NCBI GenBank assembly: GCA_963782055.1
Contig: CAWAIF010000003.1
Span: 1,088,001 to 1,152,000 of the forward strand
From: an uncultured delta proteobacterium
GTDB taxonomy: Bacteria; Myxococcota_A; Polyangia; Polyangiales; Polyangiaceae
Reading direction: 5' to 3'
Length of the DNA stretch: 64,000 nt
Shown piece by piece: positions 27,792 to 37,175 of this stretch. Each line of letters opens with the position of its first letter. Positions within the stretch are counted from its first letter, which is position 1. The notes beneath the pieces are model-generated. The model made no database searches. It saw only the letters and a program-made list of their open reading frames with translations, and was not told the origin of the DNA. A program made the position numbers and the translations under genes.

Positions 27792-29306
27792 TCATGGAAG
27801 CAAGGGGGAGCGTGCGCCGACGTGGGCGAGCACCGCCTGATGCCGCGCGCGCGTGACGGCGACGTACAGCATGCGGCGAGCCGCGGGCGTGTCGGGGTAG
27901 TCGACCGCGCTCGCGTCCGGGACCACCACCGTGTCGAACTCGAGACCCTTCGCCTCCTCCACGAGGGTGACCTGCACCGGGCCTCGCGGCAGGAAGCGCC
28001 CATCCCACACCAGGCGTGCCGGCAGGTGCGGTCGCAGCAGGGCGGCCACGCGCCGCGCGGTCATGGGCGTGCGGCAGAGCACGGCGACGGAGAGGCGCGG
28101 ATCGGCCTCGAGCAGCGGCGCCAGCCGCAGACCGAGCGCCGCGGCCATGGCTCCTTCGTCCTCGAAGGCAAGGCAAGGGGGCAGCTCCGCGCTCCCGGGT
28201 GGCTCGGCATCGCGGACGCTCCGCGCCAGCGCCACCACCTCCGGCGGGCAGCGGTAGGAGACCTCCAGGCGCACCGCCTCGTGGTCTGCGTGGCCGAGCT
28301 CGCGCATCGCCGCGTCCCAGCCGCGGAAGCTCGTGGTGTCGTCCGTCTGCTGGTCGCCGTCCCCGGCGACGATGAGCGTCCCGCCCGGCGCGAGGCTCCG
28401 ACCGAGCAGCGCGAGCTCCAGCGGCGCCAGGTCCTGGGCCTCGTCGACGAAGAGGACGTCGTGGAGGCGGAGCGTCGCCGGCGGTCTCCCCGCGCGCTCC
28501 GCCCGCAGACGATCGAGCTCGAAGAGCACCGCGTAGTCCTCGACGTCCACGCTCGCCGCGTCGGCGGACGCCGTCCCCTCGTCAATCGCGCGACGGTCCA
28601 CCGCGACGAGCCGGTCGCGGTCGGTCACGTGCCTCCACTCTTGCTCCGTGGTGAGCTCGAACTGCACGCGGGTGTGCTCGAGCACGTCCGCGATCATCCG
28701 CGGCGTGACCGACGCCGATCCCGCGAAGGCGTGCTCGAGGAGGCGCGCGTCGCCGAAGAGGTGCTGCAGGTCCCCGCGTTGCGCGAGGGCGCGCGTCCGC
28801 ACCGGCGGGGCCTCCTCGTCGTCGTCGATGCGTCCAGGTGGGCGCTCCGCGAGCTCGGAGAGCGCGGCCCGCAGCCCGGGGTCTCGCTTGAGGCGCGCGA
28901 CCGTCGGCGGCGCCTGCTCGCTCTCGCGACGCGGAATGTCCGGGAAGGCGCGGCGTGCCTGGCGTGCCGCCCAGCGGTCGTAGGTGCGCGCCTCCACGTC
29001 CACGCCGAGCTTGCGCAAGAGCGGCTGGATCAGGCGCGCCAGCCCCTCCGTCGGGACGACCACCGCCGCGCGGTGGCGTGCTCCCGCCGCGTGCCAGACG
29101 TGCGCGAGGCGGTGGAGCGCCACGGTCGTCTTGCCGTGTCCGGCCTCGCCGAGCGCGAGCAGCGCGCGGTCGCGAGACAGGGAGATGGCGGCGCGCTGCG
29201 CCGGGTCGAGCGTGACGTCGACCAGCGACGACGTCCGCCGGCGCTCGACGCGCGTGCGAGGACGAAAGGGGGCGGTGGCGGGCGCGTGGCGGTGGGCTCG
29301 GGGCAC
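27792..29306 (-). CDS. UvrD/HelD-like superfamily 1 helicase/ATPase (start uncertain)
   Basis: LDPAQRAAI, GEAGHGKTTVALHRLA, VDEAQD, AGDGDQQ, SYRCP, AKGLEFD, LYVAVTRA. Confidence 0.82.
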   Translation of the reverse strand: MPRAHRHAPATAPFRPRTRVERRRTSSLVDVTLDPAQRAAISLSRDRALLALGEAGHGKTTVALHRLAHVWHAAGARHRAAVVVPTEGLARLIQPLLRKLGVDVEARTYDRWAARQARRAFPDIPRRESEQAPPTVARLKRDPGLRAALSELAERPPGRIDDDEEAPPVRTRALAQRGDLQHLFGDARLLEHAFAGSASVTPRMIADVLEHTRVQFELTTEQEWRHVTDRDRLVAVDRRAIDEGTASADAASVDVEDYAVLFELDRLRAERAGRPPATLRLHDVLFVDEAQDLAPLELALLGRSLAPGGTLIVAGDGDQQTDDTTSFRGWDAAMRELGHADHEAVRLEVSYRCPPEVVALARSVRDAEPPGSAELPPCLAFEDEGAMAAALGLRLAPLLEADPRLSVAVLCRTPMTARRVAALLRPHLPARLVWDGRFLPRGPVQVTLVEEAKGLEFDTVVVPDASAVDYPDTPAARRMLYVAVTRARHQAVLAHVGARSPLLP

Positions 29307-29465
29307 GCGCGGATCAAGCCCGAAGCGCGCGCGCGAAGGAAGCTCCCCCCGGAGCGGCGAAGGCGTGATAATTGATGGGCGCGCCGTGCATGAGGTGGGG
29401 AGCATCCGGCCGGTCCCGGACAGGCGCATCGAGTCGGGCATCGGCGCGTGAGGGCGGCGAGCTCG

Positions 29466-30125
29466 TCACACGACGATCATGATCTCCTCCAGCGGCTTCT
29501 TGCGCAGCGCCGCGCGCGGGACCGTGCATCCGTCTGCGGGGTAGCCGACGGGGATGAGCAGGTAGGGCCGCTCGTTCTCCGGCCGCGAGAGGATCCTGGA
29601 GAGGAACTTCATCGGCGCGGGCGTGTGGGTGAGCGTCGCGAGGCCGGCGTGCTGCGCGGCGCAGAGGAACATGCCCACCGCGATGCCGACCGACTCGTGC
29701 GTGTAGTAGACGGCCTCGCCCTCGTCGCCCGCGGCGAGGCGGAAGACCACCACCAGCCACGGGGCGATCTCCAGGAACGCCTTGTCAGGGTCGGTGCCGA
29801 GCGGCGCGAGATCCTCCAGCCAGCGCTTCCCCGCGCGGCCGGCGTAGAAGGCGCGCTCCTCCTCCTCCGCGCCCAGCCGGATGCGCCGCTTGACCGCCGG
29901 ATCGCGCACGCACACGAAGCGCCACGGCTGACGGTTCGCCCCGCTGGGCGCGGTGCCCGCCGTCGCGACGAGCGACGCGATCAGCTCCTCGGGGACGTCG
30001 CGATCGGAGAGGTCTCGCACGCTGCGGCGTCGGCGCATCACCTCGCGGAACGCCTCGGCCGCCTCGAGCGGCGACACTGCCGGGACGTAGCGATGCGGGT
30101 AGGGGACCGGCTCGTAGGGCTCCAT
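29466..30125 (-). CDS. iodotyrosine deiodinase (nitroreductase superfamily)
   Basis: [32 protein letters not shown]...[46 protein letters not shown]. Confidence 0.85.
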   Translation of the reverse strand: MEPYEPVPYPHRYVPAVSPLEAAEAFREVMRRRRSVRDLSDRDVPEELIASLVATAGTAPSGANRQPWRFVCVRDPAVKRRIRLGAEEEERAFYAGRAGKRWLEDLAPLGTDPDKAFLEIAPWLVVVFRLAAGDEGEAVYYTHESVGIAVGMFLCAAQHAGLATLTHTPAPMKFLSRILSRPENERPYLLIPVGYPADGCTVPRAALRKKPLEEIMIVV

Positions 30126-30544
30126 CAGGCCGTGCCCAGGCCCCAGCGCTCGAACAGCATCTCGAGCAGCTCCCACTCTGCCTCGACGATGGTGTCGGCC
30201 GCGGCCACGTCGCGCAGCGCCACGTAGATCGCCTCGCGCGCGTCCCGTCGCGTGATCGACTCCGCCGCGAGGGCGAAGGCGTCGCGCCCGGAAGGCTCGT
30301 GGCTCGCGCGCTCCAGGAAGGGCTGGAGCGTCGCCACGCCGTCCGCGCTGTCGTCCGCGGACAGGCGGTAGGGGCTCGCGCCGCCGCCGTTGCCGAGCCG
30401 CACGCGCTCGGCGAACATGCGCAGGGCTTCGTGCTCGTCGGGAGACACCTTGCCGTCGACGCGCAGGAGGGTGACCAGCATCCGGGCGAGCGCCGTCAGC
30501 TCGGCCTCTGTGAAGTGCTCGATGGGGTTGTCCTCGGCGGCCAT
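30125..30544 (-). CDS. TerB-family protein
   Basis: LLRVDGKVSPDEHEAL and VAAADTIVEAEWELL; TGATG coupling to the deiodinase. Confidence 0.7.
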   Translation of the reverse strand: MAAEDNPIEHFTEAELTALARMLVTLLRVDGKVSPDEHEALRMFAERVRLGNGGGASPYRLSADDSADGVATLQPFLERASHEPSGRDAFALAAESITRRDAREAIYVALRDVAAADTIVEAEWELLEMLFERWGLGTA

Positions 30545-30615
30545 CCCTCATGGATAGCGCGGTTGGTGGCCGACGTCCTGTCTGGCGGGGCGCCGGACGT
30601 GGTAATCAGGCGCCA

Positions 30616-32832
30616 ATGCTCGCAGCCTGGGGCCGCTTCGTCTTCCGCAACCGCGTGGTGGTGCTCGTCTGCTCCGTCCTGCTGGTCGCGGCCGCCGCGC
30701 TGAGCCTGCGCCACGGCGGGAACCTGACGACGGGGACGCTCGCCGACCTGGAGTCGACCCACGCCGACGAGCTGGCGCGCCAGGCGCTGGGCGATCGCGC
30801 GGGCCCGACGGTGATCGCCCTCTTCCGCTCGGACACGATGACGGTCGACGACCCGTCCTTCTACTCCGCGATGGACGACGCGCTCTCGCCGCTGGAGGAC
30901 GATCACGACGTGGCCGACGTCCTCTCGCCGGTGGAGGCCCCCACCGCCATCGGCGACAAGCTCGTCTCCGCCGATCGCCACGAGGCGCTGGCGGTGATCA
31001 CGCTCCATGGGACCCTCACCCACGCCGAGCACCTGTTCCCCTCGCTGCGCGCCAGGATCAAGCCGGGTCCGCTGACGGTGTCCTACACCGGGGAGGCCAA
31101 GTACCGCGCCGACCTCGACACCACCCTTCGCAGCGATCTCCTGGTCGCCGAGCTGGTGAGCTTCCCGCTCGCGCTGCTGGTGCTGCTGATCGTCTTCCGC
31201 AGCGTGGTGGCGGCCACGCTGCCGGTCGTGGTCGGGGGGCTCGCCGTGCTCACCGCCATCGCGTGCGTGCTGCAGATCGCCCGGGTGACCGACATGGCGC
31301 AGTACACGCTCAACGTGGCGTCGCTCATCGGGCTGGGCCTCGCCATCGACTACTCGCTCTTTTACACGAGCCGCTTCCGCGAGGAGCTCGCGGGCGGCGC
31401 GACCGTCGCCCAAGCCATCGAGGTGGCGATGGACACCGCCGGACACGCGGTGCTCGGGAGCGGGCTCGCGGTGGGCGTGGGCCTCTCCGGCCTGCTCTTC
31501 TTCCGGCACTCCTACGTCTCGGCGATGGGCCTGGCCGGCGGGGTCGTCGTCCTGCTCTCGGTCGCCTCGGCGCTGACCTTGCTTCCCGCCTTGCTCGCGG
31601 TGCTGGGCAAGCGGGTCGACGCCGGCGCCCTGCGGCTCCGCCGCCGGAAGGACGTCGATGCCCGCGGGCCCCGGCAGGAGGGGCGCCTGTGGCGCGCCAT
31701 CGTGCCGCGGGTGATGGCGCACCCGGTGATCGTGCTGGTGCCGACGCTCGCGGTGGTCCTCGCGCTGGGCACGCCCTTCTTCCGGCTGCGCACGGCGAGC
31801 GCCTTCGTCGGTGTCCTGCCGATGAAGACCGAGTCGCGCGCCACCTACGAGAGGATCCGCGCCGACTTCCCCGCGCAGGCCGACAACCGCCTGGCGGTCG
31901 TGGTGCACTTCCCCACCGACGCGCTCACCCTCCCGCGCGTCCAGGCCCTGCGCGCGCTGCGGGATCGCATCGCGGCGCTGCCCGGCGTCGTCGGCGTGGA
32001 CAGCCTCTTCGACTTCGACGCCACGTTGCCGCCCGACGAGGCCGATCGCGTCCTGGCGCTGCCGGCCGACCTGCGCCCCATCCCCGCCGCCTCCGCGCTG
32101 GAGAGCACCTCCGGGCACGGCACGTACCTGCTCGTCGTGCGGACCCGCGGCGGCCCGCGCACCGATCAGGCGCGCGCCGCCGTGCACGCGATCCGCCAGG
32201 ACCGCGTGGTGGCCGACGGCTCGCTCGTCGTGGGCGGCCTGACCGCCATCGACGTCGACATGAACGCCTTCTTCCGCGCGCACACCCCGGCGGCGGTCGG
32301 CTTCGTCGCCTTGCTGACCTACGTCATCCTCTTCTTCGTCTTCCGCTCGGTGGTGCTGCCGCTGAAGGCGGTGCTGAGCAACCTGCTCTCCATCTCCGCC
32401 TCCTTCGGCGCGCTCGTCTGGATCTTCCAGGAGGGGCACCTCTCCGGCCTGCTCGCCTTCGAGCCGGGGCCCATCGAGCCCACCCTGCCGGTGCTCCTCT
32501 TCTGCGTCGTCTTCGGCCTCTCCATGGACTACGAGGTCCTCCTCCTCAGCCGGATGCGCGAGGAGTGGCTCGCCCACGGCGACAACACGCGCGCCGTCAC
32601 CGAGGGCCTCGCGCGGAGCGGCAGCCTCATCACGAGCGCCGCGGCCATCATGGTGCTCGTGTTCGCGGCGTTCTCGCTGGCCACCGTCATCATGGTCAAG
32701 GCGATGGGCGTGGCCATGGCGATCGCCATCGCGCTGGACGCCACGCTGGTGCGCACGCTGCTCGTGCCCGCCACGATGCGGCTGTTCGGCCGCCTCAACT
32801 GGTGGGCGCCGTTCGGGCTGGGAAAGCGATAG
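30616..32832 (+). CDS. MMPL family (RND) transporter
   Basis: LLIVFRSVVAA.LP, IGLGLAIDYSLF..SRFREE, FRSVVLPLKA, FGLSMDYEV.LLSRMRE, ITSAAAIM, LDATLVR..LVPA. Confidence 0.93.
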   Translation: MLAAWGRFVFRNRVVVLVCSVLLVAAAALSLRHGGNLTTGTLADLESTHADELARQALGDRAGPTVIALFRSDTMTVDDPSFYSAMDDALSPLEDDHDVADVLSPVEAPTAIGDKLVSADRHEALAVITLHGTLTHAEHLFPSLRARIKPGPLTVSYTGEAKYRADLDTTLRSDLLVAELVSFPLALLVLLIVFRSVVAATLPVVVGGLAVLTAIACVLQIARVTDMAQYTLNVASLIGLGLAIDYSLFYTSRFREELAGGATVAQAIEVAMDTAGHAVLGSGLAVGVGLSGLLFFRHSYVSAMGLAGGVVVLLSVASALTLLPALLAVLGKRVDAGALRLRRRKDVDARGPRQEGRLWRAIVPRVMAHPVIVLVPTLAVVLALGTPFFRLRTASAFVGVLPMKTESRATYERIRADFPAQADNRLAVVVHFPTDALTLPRVQALRALRDRIAALPGVVGVDSLFDFDATLPPDEADRVLALPADLRPIPAASALESTSGHGTYLLVVRTRGGPRTDQARAAVHAIRQDRVVADGSLVVGGLTAIDVDMNAFFRAHTPAAVGFVALLTYVILFFVFRSVVLPLKAVLSNLLSISASFGALVWIFQEGHLSGLLAFEPGPIEPTLPVLLFCVVFGLSMDYEVLLLSRMREEWLAHGDNTRAVTEGLARSGSLITSAAAIMVLVFAAFSLATVIMVKAMGVAMAIAIALDATLVRTLLVPATMRLFGRLNWWAPFGLGKR

Positions 32833-32845
32833 GATCACCGGCGGG

Positions 32846-33670
32846 ATGGGGATGAAGACGGTCCGGCTGGCCGATGGAACGGAGATCTTCTGCCTGACGC
32901 GGCCGGAGTCACGCGCCCTCGACGCGCACATCGAGGGGTACTTCCGCCACGGGATCGACGTGCGCCCGGGCGACGTCGTCTTCGACGTGGGCGCCAACAT
33001 CGGCCTGCTCGGCGTGCGCATCGCGCAGCGCACCGGCGGCCGCGCGCAGGTCGTCGCCTTCGAGCCGGTGCCCGCCATCCGCGCCGTCCTGGAGGCGAAC
33101 GTCGGGCGTCACGGCCGGGGCGGCGTCCGCGTGATGTCCTGCGCGCTCGCGGAGAAGCCGGGGGAGATGGAGATCGCCTACTACCCGCGCAGCCCCGGGC
33201 TCTCGACCGGTCACCCGGAGATCTGGGACGCGGAGCGCGATCGCCTGACCGACGCGGTGCTGGGCGGCGCGCGGACCGGTCCGTCGGGGGCGTGGGGCCG
33301 GCTCATGCCGCGCGCGGCGGCGCGGTGGATCGCCGGCTTCCTGCGTGGTCGCGTCGAGCGCACGCGCTGCCCGGTGCGCACCGTGCCCGACGTGCGGCGC
33401 GAGCTCGGGCTGGAGCGCATCGACGTCCTGAAGATCGACGTGGAGGGCGCGGAGCTCGACGTGCTCCGCGGTCTGGGTGACGACCCCGACGAGTGGCGGC
33501 GCGTCGGCGCGCTGGTCATCGAGGTGCACGACATCGACGGCCGACTGGAGGAGGTCCGCGCGCTCCTCGCGCGGCACGGCTTCGACCACGTCGTCGTGGA
33601 GGCGGAGGCGGGCTTCGAGAGCACCGTGCTGCGGAACGTCTACGCGACGCGCGGCGAAGCGCGGGCGTGA
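32846..33670 (+). CDS. FkbM family SAM-dependent methyltransferase
   Basis: VFDVGANIG, AFEPVP, IDVLKIDVEGAELDVLRG, IEVH. Confidence 0.92.
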   Translation: MGMKTVRLADGTEIFCLTRPESRALDAHIEGYFRHGIDVRPGDVVFDVGANIGLLGVRIAQRTGGRAQVVAFEPVPAIRAVLEANVGRHGRGGVRVMSCALAEKPGEMEIAYYPRSPGLSTGHPEIWDAERDRLTDAVLGGARTGPSGAWGRLMPRAAARWIAGFLRGRVERTRCPVRTVPDVRRELGLERIDVLKIDVEGAELDVLRGLGDDPDEWRRVGALVIEVHDIDGRLEEVRALLARHGFDHVVVEAEAGFESTVLRNVYATRGEARA

Positions 33671-33805
33671 CCGAGCTCTCGCACGCCGATCTCGACGTCG
33701 CCTGCAGCGCGCGCCCGTGTCGAGGGAGGTGCCGCGCGCGCTGGACAGGGAAGAAGCGTCCGCCGGCGGCCACCCTCTCGCGGCGGCGGCTCGCGGTCGC
33801 GCGCG

Positions 33806-34579
33806 CTACCGGTAGCGGACAGGGGCCGGGGCCGGGGCCGGGGCGGGGGCCGGGGTCGTGTACTGGTCCGAGCTGCCGAAGAGGATACCCACGCCGAGCT
33901 GGAAGATCAGCCCGCCGAAGGCGCTGGAGCCCGTGTCGTTGACGCTGGTGTTCACCGGCACGCCGACCGACGCCTCCGGCAGGATGCGGACGGAGTCGCT
34001 GGCGCGGAACGCGACCCCGAAGGACCCGCCCAGGTAGAGCAGGTTGGCGGTGGAGGTCGTCGAGCCGGCGGAGTCGGTGAAGCTGCCGAACAGCACCTGA
34101 TCGATGAGGCGCGGGCCGATGACGATCTCGTGACCGCCCACGTCGATACCCATCAGGACCGGCAGGTAGAAGCTGAGCGTGCCGACGAAGCCACCGCCGC
34201 CGCCGGTGCTCCCGCTGGACGCCCCGAAGCCGACGAAGCCGACGCCGGGGTTGAGCGAGAGGTTGAAGCCGCTCTCCATGGTGGGAGAGCGGAGCAGGCC
34301 GAACTTGCCCTCCAGCGCGACGCCGTTGAACCCGAGCCGGCCACCCAGCTCGACGCGATCGGTCACGCCGTAGCGCACGCCGCCTTCCAGCAGCGGATAT
34401 CCGATGCCGCTGCCCGAGGTGCTCGTGTTGTTGATCGCGACCACGCCGCCGCCCTCTGGCGCGACCCAGCCCTGCACCGCGCCCTGGTTGAGCGTGCGCG
34501 CCAGCCCGAACGTGGAGAGCGATGCGCATCCCGTCAGCGGCGCAGCGAGCACGATCAGGCCAAGCAATGCCTTCGTCAT
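33806..34579 (-). CDS. hypothetical lipoprotein, probably outer-membrane beta-barrel-like
   Basis: MTKALLGLIVLAAPLTGC lipobox; amphipathic strands (EGGVRYGVTDRVELGGRL, FQLGVGILF); PAPAPA tail. Confidence 0.7.
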   Translation of the reverse strand: MTKALLGLIVLAAPLTGCASLSTFGLARTLNQGAVQGWVAPEGGGVVAINNTSTSGSGIGYPLLEGGVRYGVTDRVELGGRLGFNGVALEGKFGLLRSPTMESGFNLSLNPGVGFVGFGASSGSTGGGGGFVGTLSFYLPVLMGIDVGGHEIVIGPRLIDQVLFGSFTDSAGSTTSTANLLYLGGSFGVAFRASDSVRILPEASVGVPVNTSVNDTGSSAFGGLIFQLGVGILFGSSDQYTTPAPAPAPAPAPVRYR

Positions 34580-34733
34580 GGTGGAAGCCTCCCGGGGCAT
34601 CGTCGGGCCTGCGCCGCCGGAACGCAAGTTTGGCGCGCGAGAGTGATCGTCGCGAACGGCGCGCAACGCACCGGCCACGAACGAAGCCTTGCGCGTGCCG
34701 CGCGCAGGACGCACCAAACACGACGGAGAATGC

Positions 34734-36041
34734 ATGGCGAGCCGCGCACCGGACAAGATGGGCTTCAACGCCACGTGGTCGATGGCCGTCGGCGGCATGG
34801 TCGGCGGCGGCATCTTCTCCGTCCTCGGCGTGGTGGTCCACGTCGCCGGCCCGCTCGCGTGGCTCAGCTTCGTCTTCGCGGGGGTGATCGCGCTCATCAC
34901 CGGCTTCAGCTACGTGCATCTCACCGCGCGCTACGAGGAGAGCGGCGGCGCGTTCACCTACCTGCGGCGGACGGGTCACCCCGCGTTCGCCGGCATCCTC
35001 GCGTGGGTCCTCATCCTCGGCTACGTGCTCACGCTCTCCGTCTACGCCTTCACCTTCGGCCACTACCTGGCCGAGGCATTCGGGCTGGGCGGCCTCTTCG
35101 CGCGCGGCGCGGCGCTGGCGATCGTCCTCGGTCTGGTGGGCGTCAACCTCCTCGGCATCAGCGAGTCGGCCGGCTTCGAGATCGTCGCCGTCTGGGCGAA
35201 GCTCGCCGTGCTCGCGGCGCTCGCCGGGGCGGGCCTGTGGCTCTGGCACCCCGAGCGTCTCTCCACCGGTGTCCCGCCGGGGAGCCTCCACGGCGCGCTC
35301 ATCGGCGCCGCGACGATCTTCATGGGCTACGAGGGTTTCCAGCTCCTGGCGTACGACTACCACGTCATCCACCAGCCGAGGCGGACGCTGCTCCGCGCGG
35401 TGCCGCTGGCCATCGTCGTCGTCATCGGTGTCTACGTGGCGGTGGCGCTCGGCACGGCGTCGCTCGTGGGGGCGGACACCATCGTGCGCAACAAGGACGT
35501 CTCGCTGGCCATCGCGGGGAGGGCGTTGCTCGGGCAGCCGGGCGTGTGGGCGGTCTCTGCGGCCGCGGCCTTCTCCACCGGGTCGGCGATCAACGCCACG
35601 CTCTTCGCCACCGCGCGGCTGGTGAAGACGGTGGCGGCGGAGGGAGAGCTGCCCGCCCAGGCCGCGCGCCTGAACCGGAGGGACGTGCCGGACCGCGCGG
35701 TCCTCGCGCTGGGCGGCGCGGGCGCGGTGCTGGCGATGGTCGGCTCGCTGGCCGAGCTCGTCTCCGCCGCCAGCCTGACGTTCCTCTTCACCTTCGCCAT
35801 CGTCAACGCCGTGGCCTTCCGTGAGCTCGCCGCTCGCGCGTGGAAGGTGTCGGCGGCGTGCGGCACCTTGCTGGCGGGCGCCGCGGCGCTGGTGCTCATG
35901 TGGCGTCTGGCGGTGACCAACCCGCTCTCGTTGGGACTGCTGGGCGGGATGGTGGTGGTGACGCTCGTCGGCCGCCCGATCGTCGTGCGGCGTTCCCGGT
36001 CGACCCGCCCCCCGTCGGGCGGTCCTCCATCGCCTGGTTGA
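34734..36041 (+). CDS. APC family amino acid permease
   Basis: SMAVGGMVGGGIFS, ESGGAFTYL, FMGYEGFQL, STGSAINATLF; about 12 TM helices. Confidence 0.9.
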   Translation: MASRAPDKMGFNATWSMAVGGMVGGGIFSVLGVVVHVAGPLAWLSFVFAGVIALITGFSYVHLTARYEESGGAFTYLRRTGHPAFAGILAWVLILGYVLTLSVYAFTFGHYLAEAFGLGGLFARGAALAIVLGLVGVNLLGISESAGFEIVAVWAKLAVLAALAGAGLWLWHPERLSTGVPPGSLHGALIGAATIFMGYEGFQLLAYDYHVIHQPRRTLLRAVPLAIVVVIGVYVAVALGTASLVGADTIVRNKDVSLAIAGRALLGQPGVWAVSAAAAFSTGSAINATLFATARLVKTVAAEGELPAQAARLNRRDVPDRAVLALGGAGAVLAMVGSLAELVSAASLTFLFTFAIVNAVAFRELAARAWKVSAACGTLLAGAAALVLMWRLAVTNPLSLGLLGGMVVVTLVGRPIVVRRSRSTRPPSGGPPSPG

Positions 36042-36101
36042 TGCGCGACGCGCCTGCACGTGGCGGCGGCCGGGGGCTACCCCGCGCGCGGCCCCGGCAG
36101 C

Positions 36102-36305
36102 TCAGCGGCGTCGCGCTCCGGGCGGGGGAGCGTTGGTGTCCACCGGCAAGCAGCTGCTGTTGCAGCGCGGGTCGTTCCCGCACGCCTCGGCGCAGGGGAC
36201 GGTCGAGTGGAAGGGGGCGAACTTGTCCTTCGTGCCGGCCGACTTGGACTCCGCGCGGTTGCCGCCGCACGCGACGAGGAGCAGCATCATCAGCGCGTAG
36301 CGCAT
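36102..36305 (-). CDS. small Cys-containing lipoprotein
   Basis: MRYALMMLLLVAC lipobox; C-x3-C-x5-C-x3-C; TACCAT upstream. Confidence 0.55.
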   Translation of the reverse strand: MRYALMMLLLVACGGNRAESKSAGTKDKFAPFHSTVPCAEACGNDPRCNSSCLPVDTNAPPPGARRR

Positions 36306-36322
36306 CGCGGGGGGATGGTAGC

Positions 36323-36763
36323 TCACGCCGCGGAGGAGAGCACCTCGGTGATGCGCTCGGCGACCTTGCCCCGCCACCCCCGCGCCAGGCCCTCGAAGGC
36401 GAAGGCGTGGGCGGGCAGGAAGCCGGCGTGGTCGAGCACCAGGTGCGTGCCGCCGGCGGCGCCGGGCGCGAGCGTCCAGGTGACGGTGGTGTCGATGCGC
36501 GACGACGCGGGGCCGCCTCGCCACGAGTAGCTCAGGCGCTCCGGCTCCTGTACCTCGAGCACCTCGCAGTCGACGGTGCCGTCCCAGTCCTGCATCGGCG
36601 GCGCGCGGAAGGTGAAGCGGTGCCCGACGACGGGGCGGAAGTCGTTCTTCATCAGCCACGCGCCGAGGAGGGCGGGGTCGGTGAGCGCGCGCCACACCTT
36701 CGCCGGGGGGTGGGGGAGATCGTACTCGACGTGGATGGTCTTCGCGTCTGGTTGCGTGGTCAT
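36323..36763 (-). CDS. SRPBCC/AHA1 (START-like) domain protein
   Basis: HPPAKVWRALTDPALLGAWLM.NDF.P.VG..F, CEVLEV..PERLSYSW, GTHLVLDHAGF...GW. Confidence 0.9.
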   Translation of the reverse strand: MTTQPDAKTIHVEYDLPHPPAKVWRALTDPALLGAWLMKNDFRPVVGHRFTFRAPPMQDWDGTVDCEVLEVQEPERLSYSWRGGPASSRIDTTVTWTLAPGAAGGTHLVLDHAGFLPAHAFAFEGLARGWRGKVAERITEVLSSAA

Positions 36764-37077
36764 TCCCTCATCTCCTCCAGCAGGGAGGCGAGGCTCGCCA
36801 TGTGGCGGAGCCAGAACGCCTCGTAGTGGGCTACCCAGTCGACGAGCGGGCGCAGGCCCGCCGGGCGAGCGCGGTAGTAGACGTGCCGCCCCTCCCGCCG
36901 CAGCGACACCAGCCCGGCCTCGCGCAGGGCGGCCAGGTGCTGCGAGACCGCCGGCTGCGAGACGGAGAAGCGGGCCGTCAGGTCCTTCACCGGCGCCTCG
37001 CCACGGGCGAGCCGCGCGAGGATCGCCCGGCGGGTGGGATCGGCGAGCGCACGAAAGACGGCATCTTCGCGGTGCAC
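36760..37077 (-). CDS. ArsR/SmtB family regulator (likely autorepressor of the SRPBCC gene)
   Basis: VFRALADPTRRAILARL...VSQPAVSQHLAALREAGLV...GRHVYY; ATGA overlap with the SRPBCC gene. Confidence 0.92.
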   Translation of the reverse strand: MHREDAVFRALADPTRRAILARLARGEAPVKDLTARFSVSQPAVSQHLAALREAGLVSLRREGRHVYYRARPAGLRPLVDWVAHYEAFWLRHMASLASLLEEMRE

Positions 37078-37081
37078 CCGG

Positions 37082-37112
37082 ATTACATAAGTGATGGCTT
37101 ATGTAATGTCAA
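37082..37112 (-). promoter_or_regulatory. ArsR operator palindrome overlapping a TTGACA -35 box
   Basis: Perfect ATTACATAAG-N6-CTTATGTAAT (37082-37107), 4 nt from the GTG start; TTGACA on the minus strand at 37112-37107. Confidence 0.8.
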
Positions 37113-37175
37113 GACCTGCGTCTCTCCGGGGCCCTCCCCCCCGTCGACCTGGGGGTTCGTAGTACGCTGGCCTTC

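Noticed and set aside
27792..30544. Helicase + TerB as an anti-phage defence system
   Set aside because: The helicase is HelD-like with no nuclease or effector partner, the intervening gene is a deiodinase, and there is no recognisable defence-system architecture.
33822..33856. GGGGCC tandem run (G-quadruplex-like)
   Set aside because: Explained by the Pro-Ala repeat tail of the minus-strand lipoprotein gene.
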